Shown in pieces: positions 39,801-52,504 of a stretch of DNA of 64,000 nt. How positions within the stretch are numbered: the first letter of the stretch is position 1; each line of letters opens with the position of its first letter. The stretch comes from Pecten maximus (Eukaryota). The position numbers were made by a program, and so were the translations under genes. The DNA lies in assembly GCF_902652985.1 (NCBI RefSeq), contig NC_047032.1, positions 30,442,001 to 30,506,000 on the forward strand, read 5' to 3'. Under the pieces are notes generated by a model. The model ran no database searches, was not told where the DNA came from, and was given only the letters and a program-made list of their open reading frames with translations.

Positions 39801-42800
39801 CCTCCCACAGTCAGTATAACATCTCCCACAGTCAGTATAACATCTCACACAGTCAGTATAACATCTCCCACAGTCAGTATAACACCTCCCACAGTCAGTA
39901 TAACATCTCCCACAGTCAGTATAACACCTCCCACAGTCAGTATAACATCTCCCACAGTCAGTATAACACCTCCCACAGTCAGTATAACATCTCCAACAGT
40001 CAGCATAACATCTCCCACAGTCAGTATAACACCTCACACAGTCAGTATAACACCTCCTACAGTCAGTATAACACCTCCCACAGTCAGTATAACATCTCCC
40101 ACAGTCAGTATAGCATCTCCCACAGTCAGTATAACATCTCCCACAGTCACTATAACATCTCCCACAGTCAGTATAACATCTCCGACAGTCAGTATAACAC
40201 CTCACACAGTCAGTATAACATCTCCCACAGTCAGTATAACATCTTCCACAGTCAGTATAACATCTCCCACTGTCAGTATAACATCTCCCACAGTCAGTAT
40301 AACATCTCCCACAGTCAGTATAACATCTCCCACTGTCAGTATAACATCTCACACAGTCAGTATAACATCTCACACAGTCAGTATAACATCTCCCACAGTC
40401 AGTATAACATCTCCCACTGTCAGTATAACATCTCACACAGTCAGTATAACATCTCCCACTGTCAGTATAACATCTCACACAGTCAGTATAACATCTCCCA
40501 CAGTCAGTATAACACCTCCCACAGTCAGTATAACATCTCCCACAGTCAGTATAACACCTCCCACAGTCAGTATAACACCTCCCACAGTCAGTATAACATC
40601 TCCCACAGTCAGTATAACACCTCCCACAGTCAGTATAACATCTCCCACAGTCAGTATAACACCTCCCACAGTCAGTATAACATCTCCTACAGTCAGTATA
40701 ACACCTCCCACAGTCAGTATAACATCTCCCACAGTCAGTATAGCATCTCCCACAGTCAGTATAACATCTCCCACAGTCAGTATAACATCTCCCACTGTCA
40801 GTATAACATCTCACACAGTCAGTATAACATCTCCCACAGTCAGTATAACACCTCCCACAGTCAGTATAACATCTCCCACAGTCAGTATAACACCTCCCAC
40901 TGTCAGTATAACACCTCCCACAGTCAGTATAACATCTCCCACAGTCAGTATAACACCTCCCACTGTCAGTATAACATCTCCCACAGTCAGTATAACATCT
41001 CACACAGTCAGTATAACATCTCCCACAGTCAGTATAACATCTCCCACAGTCAGTATAACATCTCACACAGTCAGTATAACATCTCACACAGTCAGTATAA
41101 CATCTCCCACAGTCAGTATAACATCTCCCACAGTCAGTATAACACCTCTCACAGTCAATATAACACCTCCCACAGTCAGTATAACATCTCCGACAGTCAG
41201 TATAACCTCTCCAACAGTCAGTATAACAAGTCCCACAGTCAGTATAACACCTCCCACAGTCAGTATAACATCTCCCACAGTCAGTATAACATCTCCCACA
41301 GTCAGTATAACAAGTCCCACAGTCAGTATAACACCTCCCACAGTCAGTATAACATCTCCCACAATCAGTATAACACCTCCCACAGTCAGTATAACACCTC
41401 CCACAGTCAGTATAACATCTCACACAGTCAGTATAACATCTCACACAGTCAGTATAACATCTCCCACAGTCAGTATAACATCTCACACAGTCAGTATAAC
41501 ATCTCCCACAGTCAGTATAACATCTCACACAGTCAGTATAACATCTCACACAGTCAGTATAACATCTCCCACAGTCAGTATAACATCTCCCACAGTCAGT
41601 ATAACATCTCACACAGTCAGTATAACATCTCCCACAGTCAGTATAACATCTCCCACAGTCAGTATAACATCTCCTACAGTCAGTATAACATCTCACACAG
41701 TCAGTATAACATCTCACACAGTCAGTATAACATCTCTCACAGTCAGTATAACATCTCACACAGTCAGTATAACATCTCACACTGTCAGTATAACATCTCC
41801 CACAGTCAGTATAACACCTCCCACAGTCAGTATAATATCTCCCACAGTCAGTATAACACCCCCCCACAGTCAGTATAACATCTCCCACAGTCAGTATAAC
41901 ATCTCCCACAGTCAGTATAACATCTCCCACAGTCAGTATAACATCTCCCACAGTCAGTATAACATCTCCCACAGTCAGTATAACACCTCCCACAGTCAGT
42001 ATAACATCTCCCACAGTCAGTATAACATCTCCCACAGTCAGTATAACATCTCACACAGTCAGTATAACATCTCCCACAGTCAGTATAACATCTCCCACAG
42101 TCAGTATAACATCTCCCACAGTCAGTATAATATTTCACACAGTCAGTATAACATCTCCCACAGTCAGTATAACACCTCACACAGTTAGTATAACATCTCC
42201 CACAGTCAGTATAACACCTCCCACAGTCAGTATAACACCTCCCACAGTCAGGATAACATCTCCCACAGTCAGTATAACATCTCTCACAGTCAGTATAACA
42301 TCTCCCACAGTCAGTATAACATCTCACACAGTCAGTATAACACCTCCCACAGTCAGTATAACATCTCACACAGTCTGTATAACATCTCCCACAGTCAGTA
42401 TAACATCTCCCACAGTCAGTATAACATCTCACACAGTCAGTATAACACCTCCCACAGTCAGTATAACATCTCACACAGTCAGTATAACATCTCACACAGT
42501 CAGTATAACATCTCCCACAGTCAGTATAACATCTCCCACAGTCAGTATAACATCTCCCACAGTCAGTATAACATATCCCACAGTCAGTATAACATCTCCC
42601 ACAGTCAGTATAACATCTCCAACAGTCGGTATAACATCTCCCACAGTCAGTATAACATCTCCCACAGTCAGTATAACATCTCACACAGTCAGTATAACAT
42701 CTCACACAGTCAGTATAACATCTCCCACAGTCAGTATAACATCTCCCACTGTCAGTTTAACATCTCCCACAGTCAGTATAACATCTCCCACAGTCAGTAT

Positions 42801-43106
42801 AACACCTCCCACAGTCAGTATAACATCTCCCACAGTCAGTATAACATATCCCACAGTCAGTATAACACCTCCCACTGTCAGTATAACATCTCCGACAGTC
42901 AGTATAACATCTCCCACAGTCAATATAACATCTCCCACAGTCAGTATTACACCTCACACAGTCAGTATAACACCTCTCACAGTCAGTATAACATCTCCCA
43001 CAGTCAGTATAACATCTCCCACAGTCAGTATAACACCTCCCACAGTCAGTATAACATCTCTCACAATCAGTATAACATCTCCCACAGTCAGTATAGCATC
43101 TCCGAC
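36815..43106. repeat. 21-bp minisatellite, about 300 copies (6.3 kb)
   Basis: Unit CAGTCAGTATAACA(T/C)CTCCCA. Open in four of six frames, which explains the CGRCYTD, SPTVSIT, SHSQYNI and VGDVILT ORFs. Confidence 0.98.
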
Positions 43107-43425
43107 ATCCGAGTATTGTTCGGTTAATATTGCACATTTGCAGCCTTGATATTTACCACGAAGGAATAAAAATCACTTAAGGTCACTTGGTGTAAGATGT
43201 CTGATGTAAAATAAAAACAAATTGTTGCCTATGGTGGAAACTACACAATGTATAACCTACTGAGGCAAGATTTAGATTGAATGACAACAAAAGGTTACAA
43301 TTACTGAGACAAGATTCTGATTGAAAGACAATTGGATTTAATTTAACAATGATTTGATGGTTATGAGGTTGGATATAATCCTGGTGAATGTTAGCCGCAA
43401 TATATACCGCTCCACTCTCCAGATC

Positions 43426-43491
43426 GACTTCTTTAGCTCGATCAGTGAAGCGTTGGACTAATACGCCAGAAGTTCCGGCTTCGATTCCAAA
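43426..43491 (+). other. Degenerate tRNA-like sequence (old SINE head or tRNA pseudogene)
   Basis: GACTTCTTTAGCTCGATCAGTGAAGCGTTGGACTAATACGCCAGAAGTTCCGGCTTCGATTCC: A-box-like TAGCTCGATCAG and B-box-like GGCTTCGATTCC at tRNA spacing. Confidence 0.55.
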
Positions 43492-43721
43492 GGGGGCCGC
43501 GGTGGCCGAGTGGTTAATGTGTCCTGACACTTTAACACTAGCCCTCCACCTCTGGGTTGCGAGTTCGTAACCTACGTGGGTCAGTTGCCAGGTACTGACC
43601 GTAGGCCGGTGGTTTTTCTCCGGGTACTCCGGCTTTCCTCCACCTCCAAAACCTGGCACGTCCTTAAATGACCCTGGCTGTTAATAGAACGTTAAACAAA
43701 AACAAACCAAAACAAACCAAA
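43492..43721 (+). mobile_element. Full-length tRNA-derived V-type SINE (family A)
   Basis: GGGGCCGCGGTGGCCGAGTGG head, B box, V-like core, (AAACC/AAAC)n tail. Perfect 13-bp TSD CTTCGATTCCAAA (43479-43491 and 43722-43734). Confidence 0.95.
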
Positions 43722-45035
43722 CTTCGATTCCAAACAAATGACATGTTAATGACGAATTTTTACTACATTATATACATTATGGATATATATTTCGTGCTGC
43801 ACACTCCATATTAGCATGATATTTAATTAACTCTCTCACGGAATAAACACGTACAGTACATATTTTTATTTATATATGTGTTATACAGGCTTATACGTCA
43901 TATTTTCTTTATCTCAGATCTATTTAAAATTGATAAAACAAATGGATTGAACAACAGACTTTACATACTTGAGGGTTCGGTTCGAGTCTTTTTAACGGAG
44001 TGGGTACTGGAAGGTTAAATAAAGGTTACTTTGTAGGTAAGCTAGGTTCATGCATAGCTAAACTCCTCAAATTTATAAAATAAAACATACTAAATATTTC
44101 ATCTAATTCGAAAGTTGTTATCGTGAGCAGGAAAACACGGTATTACGCGTTAGTTCGCAGCAACGATATCTGCTAGAGGGAAATGGCGAACACCTAAGGG
44201 ACGTCACCGAAATTCAAAAGTGTCAATAATTATTTTGCCTACTACAAAGGAAATAAAATGGGAAAGGTTAAGCGAATTACGGCAAGTTATGTATTTCCCT
44301 ATAATATCCAATTATCAGAAAATCGATTTACAACAGATAATTTTCAATAAATCTTTCCATTCCTCATGTCGTTCAACACAGACAATAAACATATAGTTTG
44401 GCCATTTTTACGGAGAAATTAAAATATTAAGTGTTAAGGAAAACATTTTACAAGAGAATGTGTGTCATTCCCTGAAGACAGACATAAAATATCAAGTGGA
44501 AAAGGAATTTGTAGAAAAAGGGCGAGGGAGGGTGAAATGTGGTACTCGCATTATTCCCAAATGGAATACAATGTTAATAGTATTTTATGGGAATGTAACA
44601 CAATAAAATGTGATTACGACTCCGTTCATTAGTACGGGTCGCAGAAAATGCATCAATTGTGCTCGAGTTCAAATGTTGACCTTTTGTATTTTATATTTAC
44701 ATTTTACGTGATTTCTGTTGGTCCAAATAGACTTTGTTCGAAAGACTCATGCAGGTAAACCAGATTTCTCAAAGCAGAATTATAACACAAATCATGATTA
44801 AGAAATATTATTCATAATTAGATCATACAAGTATTGACAAATATCGATAAGATCGAGTATGACGGTTATACGATATATACATTGTATGTACATGTGGCCT
44901 TCAATGATAATTAGCTGTCCATCAGATGTTTTTATACTGGTAAGCAAATCGGCTTATATTACTTACCCAGAATGTCAAAAGTGGCTAATGGTGACTAAAA
45001 CGGTCAATCAAAATGGCCCGTCAGAACGACTCATC

Positions 45036-45590
45036 AAAATGACTCACAATAATTACTTATCAGAATGACTTATCAGAATGACTCATTAGAATGACTCATC
45101 AGAATGACTTAACAGAATGACTCATTAGAATGACTCATTAGAATGACTTATCAGAATGACTCATTAGAATGACTCATTAGAATGACTCATCAGAATGACT
45201 TATCAGAATGACTTATCATAATGACTCATTAGAATGACTTATCAGAATGACTCATTAGAATGACTTATCAGAATGACTCATTAGAATGTCTTATCAGAAT
45301 GATTCATTATAATGACTTATACCAGAATGACTCATTTGAATGACTCATCAGAGTGACTCATCAGAATGTCTCATTAGAATGACTCATCAGAATGACTCAT
45401 TAGAATGACTCATCAAAATGACTCATTTGAATGACTCATAGGAGTGACTCATCAGAATGAATTATCAGAATGACTCATTAGAATGACACTCACAATAATT
45501 ACTTATCAGAATGATTAATCGGAACGAGTCACCATGACGACTCATCATAATGACTCAACGAAGTGGCTCATCATAATGACTCATCAGGTG
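45036..45590. repeat. 13-bp minisatellite carrying ATGACTCAT (AP-1/TRE) sites
   Basis: Unit AGAATGACT(C/T)AT(C/T), roughly 40 copies with degenerate edges. Confidence 0.93.
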
Positions 45591-46264
45591 ACTACTTAAT
45601 TCATTAACATGTCTTTCGTATAGATGATTCAGGATGGCTAATTAATTAGTTACGACTCAACAATCACCCAAGAATCCTTAAGAGATAACCCGCAACTGTC
45701 AAACATGACTCATAGAGTAAATTAATCGTGATATATTTATTGACTCGTACTAACCAGGCCATTTAAGTTGATTGACTCATCCTGGTTGTTAATATAACTC
45801 ATCAGCAAACCAGAAAACGGTAAGTCATAAAACACCCCGGGGAGTGAATTAAATAAAGTTCAGAGGTTTACTCCTAAGATAAAAATAGAAACCACTGTTG
45901 ACCTATAAACCTAGTAACAACTATTAATAAATCATAACCCAAAAAACATTTTTGATTCATGAATCGAGAAACCACTTTCATGGAAACTGATTTGTATGTG
46001 TAATCTAAGTAATACATACGACTCGCTATATCAAACATAAACATCTCCAAAAGTTCAAATGATCAGGGAACGATATCAAGTTTGATGAATCACAATGATT
46101 CTCAGGAATGACTCATTCAATTTTATATAACAATTGTTTTATTTCAATTGAATTTATAGAACAGCAGACAGGGTTACAAGTGCTGATTTCCATGGAGGAT
46201 TCAAATTTAAAAAACAAAATAGAATAAAAAAGATAGGAAAAAATACGTATATCTCCAATGGAAA

Positions 46265-49200
46265 GGTGCTGTTGCAGGAATGCTCTAAAACCGCCCACGA
46301 AGGAAATCGATCCTTTAACTAATGCCCGGATAGACATATCCATGGGGCATCTGATAGTACATATGAAAACCTTGTTCCGTTCCGGACATGCCAGAACGAG
46401 GCCATTTTGTACCAAAGTCGTAAATACTCACAAGCACACTTTACCAAGTATTTATAAGGTCAAAATGTTATTTGTTTGTAAGGAAAATTGTACTAAAATT
46501 ACATTTATATATCGGGCAACGTAATCGGATATCGATTGTATGAATCTTTTCGTTAGTTTCTGTGAAATTTGACATCAAACATAAAAAATGATATTTCTCA
46601 TAAAGTTGAATGCACGTTTAAACGGCATTTTGTCTAATTCAAACCCCGATTACAATCGAATTTTGTCGATAGAAAATATCTCCATTCATTTGTGTAATCC
46701 ATGAAAAAAACATTGCGCTTCAGAATTACTGGATATGCCTCATTTTTGCAACTTCTATTAGTCAACCCCCAATAAATCTTCATATAGATCAAAGTGCTGA
46801 AAGCAACTGCATGCTAGTGAAGACATCTCGTCCGGACAAGAAATACGTTGAAATATTATAGGAAACACGATTGGACGAATTCGCCTTCAAGGAAACTATT
46901 TGTTTCAAGATTTTTGTCAGGATAATGTTAGTCCCTTTACCAATTTTCCTATCTCCATGACTTTGTTGTACAACTAATGTGCTTTGTTCTTGCTCATTCC
47001 GCTCATCATGTATTATTTGTGTATTTAGAACTTAATATCATATATATATATATGAGTATTATATTCCTTCACAGTTACATTCTAGAAACTGTTGATCATT
47101 TTTGAAGAGTGACAATGACACTACGTTGTGTATATCAGAAACATTCAATGTAGTATCTTCCCTACATTCTTGATTATATGTATTAGCGGGCTATTTACTT
47201 CATCAGTGGCATAAACTTGGTTGGTCGAAGTGGTTTTCGAGACTGATTATGGACATAGACCCCAAGGTAGAAGAGAACACTGGCGATATGAGCACACATA
47301 CCAACAGTCCTCTGACCGGTTGGACACGTACAGTAGTAATTCTGTATTGGTGGTTGTTCGGTAACTGAGTACTGGATCCATATGTTGTATTTCGTTTGCG
47401 ATTGATGACGAGATCGGATTTGACATCGAATCAGGTCTGAAGAGTGTTGGTATACCATGACTTCATAATCTCCATCTGCTGTCAAATGTTCCGATATGTA
47501 TCCGGGGGCCAACTTCACCTGGTATGTCCCACATGCCAGAGTTTCTAGATATTCCTGGTCAAGACGTGTGAACTCGAGCTGGGCTGCCTCTAGCTTCTGC
47601 CATTGGGATTTGGCTCTCCGTGATAGGTCTGGCTCTTTCTCAACACGCTCTGCTAGGATGTTGGACTTGTTCAGAAGTGACTTCATCTCCAGAGCAACTT
47701 TTTTTATCTTCGGCTGCTTTTGTTGATGAAGGCTGATATATGGGTCCACGTAGCCAATTCAGACATGCCGTGACACTTTTCAGAAGACTTTCGAGATTTT
47801 TGATGAAGTAGTTTGATGTGAGTTCAGTTTTAAAAAATCTGAATTGCTTGAAACGAGAGTGATAACTTTCGACCACCCACCCATCTTGTTTTAGTGATAC
47901 ACCTGTCAGTGTTTGCCTCTATACCATCATGCTGACTCTGTCCAGGTTTGAGAAATGTCGGCATGCGAGTCTCGTATCCCTCGTCTGATAGTTTGCTCAA
48001 AATGTCTCGGAAACCCCTGTCTACAATTACCTGATCATCTTCCTCTAGGATACTTGACAGACTTTGTAATGAGGTAAGTATCTTGTCAGTGATTTTGGCG
48101 TCATTATCACTACCAAGAAATGGGCCGACAGTGTCTAGAACGTAACCGTTAGGGAACACAATACTCATAAACTTCAAGTAGTTGCGTTTTGTTGACCGCA
48201 GTAACTTTTCCGCTGAAACTCAAGTTCTTCACTTTTGCCGATATATATATATATGTACCATCCAATATTACAGTGACTTTGTTGCCGAAGAATGTTTTTG
48301 TGAAAACTGTATTGTGATCCAACGCTTGCGCCCTAGACACGTGATCCGGACCAAGATGTGTGGGAACTACGGCTTGATTTAGAGCATCTGTAACGATCTG
48401 GAAAATTCTTCTGACGCTCGATTTGTGAATGCGGAAAAGAGAAGCCAACTGAGTGAAAGATATGTCTGTTTTGAGTTTAACCCAAAACAGCAGAAGGGCA
48501 TTCTTAGATGACAATGCTTTTGTACCAGTAATATGTTCGGAACATGCATCGTGTATTTGATTAAATTGATTACAATCCCAGCCTGTCTAAGCTTGGCAAT
48601 CTTCATCATCCATGTTGTCGAAGTTTAATACAAGCGGTGACAAGTTATTGGACATGTTCTGTATGATTTTGAGTAAATCTTTGATAACAGCTGGTGACTT
48701 GGTGGCTAAGTGATTAACAAGTTTATCCCTCCCTGTCAAAACCGGCTTAATGTCAGGACTGATATCCTTACCAAGAAGATGACTTGAACACACCCTGTAA
48801 TTCTCAGGCATGTACAGTTTATGTTTGATAAGCAGCTGGTGTCTTGCTTTCTCAATGATGCAGCTAGAACTTTTTTCATGTTGTAAGTTCGACAAATGCT
48901 ACATTTTCTGTTCGAAGAAGGGGTATAGTATAAATCATCTACAGAAAGATACCCCACCAGAGTGTCAGATTCGTCAACAGAATCATCATTGTCTACCGAA
49001 GCTTTTTTCCGTTCCGGTTCATTGACATTCTCGGATGCAGGATGTTTCTTGAGGTATATGAGAAAGCATTTTGGACACATCTTTGCTTCTGTTGATTCAG
49101 AAAGTATGACACCTTCAGAAAGGAGAACATCTTTCATCCAGTCCTGAATTTTTCGCGGATTTTTACCATCGCCAACATGGTTGTAATTGAACTTAACTTT

Positions 49201-50026
49201 ACATCCCAACCCAACGCAGGAGTTCTCCATTGTCCTATTTGAGATAAAGACAACTTTACTACAGAATGACTGAACTAAATAGAATTGTAAAACGTAACAT
49301 CAATTATAACAACACGCCCAGCACCATTCGCGGTGAGTAGTCAAAAGATCAAGTGGCAAACGGAACTTTTGTGTGGCACACCCCAACGGAGGAGAAGCTT
49401 TGAAGAAGTACTTAAGACGAAGATGGTCAAGTGAGAAAAAGGATGAAAAACATTTTCATAATAAATCAATACGTTGTTTTATTGTGTACGACAAGGACCA
49501 CATGTATCGCCCGTGCATTTTTTCCACATACTTTTTTCAACATTGAATTACTGCCCTTATCCAGTGACTCGGCACGACTTTCTTTTGCTGGTATACAGAG
49601 GGATAGTCAAATATGTTTTTAAAACACTAACATCGATAGTACTTGCATATTATCGTGCCGAATTTGCCGCTTGATTTTAAAAATGATATTTTGAATTTGA
49701 TGAAAATTTTCGAATTTTGGTTTTCTACGTCATCTTGTACTAAACTCGTTTGGTTTTTCATGGTCAACTGATTATCATTTTAAACTACAATGTATGTACA
49801 ATACCTAGTCGTGAGAAAACCTCTCAATGACAAACAGAAATACCACTTATGGGTCTGTGAAAAACACAGGTATGCTTGTAAACGAAAAAGTGAAGTAGAT
49901 GGCGCTATGGGCGCGCTTATGGGTCAAGTGGAAAATAACATCTTGTTCCATATGTATTTTTCATAGCTTTACTGGAAAATATAGTCGATTTCAAGAAATC
50001 GCTGTGGGCGGTTCTGCAACAGCACC
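46265..50026 (-). mobile_element. Full-length PHIS-group (ISL2EU/Spy/Harbinger-related) DNA transposon
   Basis: TIR GGTGCTGTTGCAG...AACCGCCCAC...GAAATCGA at 46265 and its inverse ending at 50026. Flanks AAA (left) and TTT (right). Encloses the transposase pseudogene. Confidence 0.88.
47195..49230 (-). pseudogene. Transposase (Cys-rich N-terminus, HTH, DDE_Tnp_4-type nuclease, C-terminal SWIM finger), about 675 aa reconstructed
   Basis: Six consecutive ORFs stitch together: HTH FWVKLKTDISFTQLASLFRIHKSSVRRIF; catalytic ILDGTYIY, VIVDRGFRD and RWVVESYH; SWIM YCTCPTGQRTVGMCAHIASVLFYLG. One TAG (48587) and five frameshifts. Confidence 0.9.
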
Positions 50027-50946
50027 TTTAAACAATTTCCAGTAATAAGTAACATGTACTTTTCACACGGTATCGACTGTCATCAGTGGACACTTTTATG
50101 CTTTTAGGTATATCGGATAGTTACCAATCAGCCCATGTATAAAATATCACTGTCTGTTCGCTGTGCATTATAATAACGGGATGTCATTAAAAGTCCCCAG
50201 GTTCAAATGGAATGTAAATAGGTAGTAAACAAAGATAATTGCCGATTTAAGATATATTAACTGGCTCGTTTGACATACTAGACAGGTGCTTTGAAATTAG
50301 TCTTTTGTGTTTAACTACTAGTACATTTAATCTCGAAAGTGACCAAAAACAGCAATCATAAATCAATCTCCAGTGGACTAGAAATCACCTGACGGCTAGA
50401 ATCGTGATATCCTGATATGATTCCTTGGGTTTAACGATCGGTTAAGTCTTTAATCCTGTTTTTCATTTCCTTCTCTTTTTCCGGACGTTTGACACCAATT
50501 AACTTAACATGTTAAGTAATTAATAATCATACAGAATCTAGTCCCTGTTGTATGGAGCAAAACAAGTTTCATCGCATCGTTTAACGAAACATTTTGCTTT
50601 TCATCAAAACATGCACTTTCTGAGATTTTTAACGAACATCATTTAAATAAAATGTCAATAAACACATTTTTTTAAAAACATTTTACATAAAAAATAATTC
50701 TGAAATAAATCTGATGTAACGAAGCTTCAAACTGGCAAATTAGGTTCTAAAATAATCATCACGTTGATATAAGGAATCCCAGAGGGTAGCGGGTCTCACG
50801 TGTTCGTTCTTCTACACGCTAAATAGATCGTGTTTACACCTGATGTATCCAACCGAGAACCAATCTATCATAGTTTACAAGGTATCACTGTCTGGGTCTG
50901 TCTTTACTTTAATGTGATGTTTAATATATTGAATTTTGAATCTCTA

Positions 50947-51070
50947 CCCAGCAGGCACATTGACGTTAATTAAACGTTATTCAACGTTGTGGACCAACGT
51001 TGGTTAAACGTTAAATTCTGAAAGTTGAGACAGCGTACCATAATTCAACGTTGACAAAACGTTGACACAA
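50947..51070 (+). mobile_element. Solo terminus of a CACTA/EnSpm-like non-autonomous element
   Basis: Begins CCCAGCAGGCAC, followed by a dense cluster of (A)ACGTT subterminal motifs. No partner end found. Confidence 0.5.
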
Positions 51071-51376
51071 CACATTTCTCAATGACGGAAGAATTCATAC
51101 TTTATTTATTTTAAAGAAGTTAGCGGTCGGCATCTCCACCAAATGGTTCTGGACCATACTTCGAATTACTGGTTAATCTGTAGTCTGTGAATGCTTTTCG
51201 GTGTCTCAATGTGGAAAAAAACAAAAGTATCGAATGTATAACTATGATATACATTTTCTATAATGCATTTATAAAACACGGATCTGAAAGGAGAACATTG
51301 AACTCAAAATTTTCAAATTAAACTATAAGATAACGAATGGACATACCCTATAGATTTAATTAAATTGCATAAAGTA

Positions 51377-52504
51377 CTAGGGATGATTTATATGTTGTGA
51401 GCCTCGTATTGAAGGAGGTACTTAAGGATGTCCTTTTTAAGTCCTACTATTCTATAGGGCCGTGTACCAATTTGGTTAGTTTATATCGACGGGGTAGCAC
51501 TCTAAAGTAAACAAGACAAGCGGCATTTGCGAAATGAACAAAATTGGAAAAAGAGCAGTGATCCAATATTTGCATAAAAAAGATTGAACACCTAAGGATA
51601 TCTATAATGATATGCTACAGTGACAGGTGGATGGCGGAATTTAAGCGCGGCCGACAGAGCCTTGAGGGTGACCCCCGTCCTGGAAAGCCTGTTAATGTTG
51701 CAATCCCAGAAATGGTCAATACATTTCATGATATTGTTATAACTGACAGATGATTCACAGAAAGATATCTAGCCAGTAGAGTTGGCATTTCACAGGAAAG
51801 AGTACAATCCATTCTGACCGATGATCTTTCAATGAGAAAGCTTTCGGCCCGATGGGAACCAGCTGACAGTTGATCAGACGCACACCAGGCGCACATTATC
51901 GCGTGTTAATTTTAACTTTTTTAGGAAAATCCTGCCAACTTTCTGCAATGATTTGTCACTATGGATGAAACATGGGTGATTCATTTTACCCAAGCGGCCA
52001 AACAACAATCGAAACAATAGAAGCACCGTAGCTCTCCCACGCCAAAGAATCAAAGACTGTTCCATCAGCTGAGAAGGTTATGGCCTCGACTTTCTGGGAT
52101 GCAGATGGTATTCTGCTGATAGATTATCTAAAAAAATGGACAAACAATCAATGGCAGATACTATGCTTCACTTCTAAGGCAATTACGGAAAAATATCAAA
52201 CTTAAGGTGTGTTATTCCATATGGACAATGTTCCTGTTCACAAGTCTGTCACTGTAATGGCTGCCATTCACTATTGTGGCTTTAAATTGATTGAGCATCC
52301 GCCTTATCCACCTGATCTCGCTCCATCAGACTTTAATCTATTTCCTAAACTGAAAACAGCTATTTCAGGCACCCACATTCAGTCCGATGATGACGTCATG
52401 CAGGCAGTGTACTACTTTCTGAACAGCCAAGAAAAGGAGTAGCATTGAAGCCCTTAAACACCGCTGGCAAAAGTGTATAGACAGATAGATACTGAAGGTG
52501 ATTA
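51377..52504 (+). mobile_element. Defective mariner (DD34D) transposon, copy B; right end missing
   Basis: TA|CTAGGGATGATTTATATGTTGTGAGCCTC left TIR. Motifs TMDETW, FHMDNVPVHKS and HPPYPPDLAPSDFNLFPKLK. Same family as copy A. Confidence 0.93.

Noticed and set aside
36695-43137. Very long ORFs (1446, 1119, 351, 305 aa and others) as metallothionein- or mucin-like genes
   Set aside because: All are translations of a stop-free 21-bp unit in four frames on both strands. No signal peptide or unique domain; frames break at indels.
43492-43580. Functional tRNA gene
   Set aside because: The head is continuous with a SINE body, tail and TSD; no closed acceptor stem or oligo-T terminator.
43183-43659. 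158-aa and similar ORFs over SINEs (also 5574-5914 and 1616-1922)
   Set aside because: Incidental frames through GC-rich SINE sequence.
8941-45590. Tandem arrays as CRISPR-like repeat-spacer arrays
   Set aside because: Units repeat in full with no unique spacers, there are no cas-like ORFs, and the context is eukaryotic.
46261-50030. Kolobok assignment from the TTAA-AGG-like right end
   Set aside because: The left flank is GGAA rather than TTAA, and the transposase motifs are Harbinger/ISL2EU-type.
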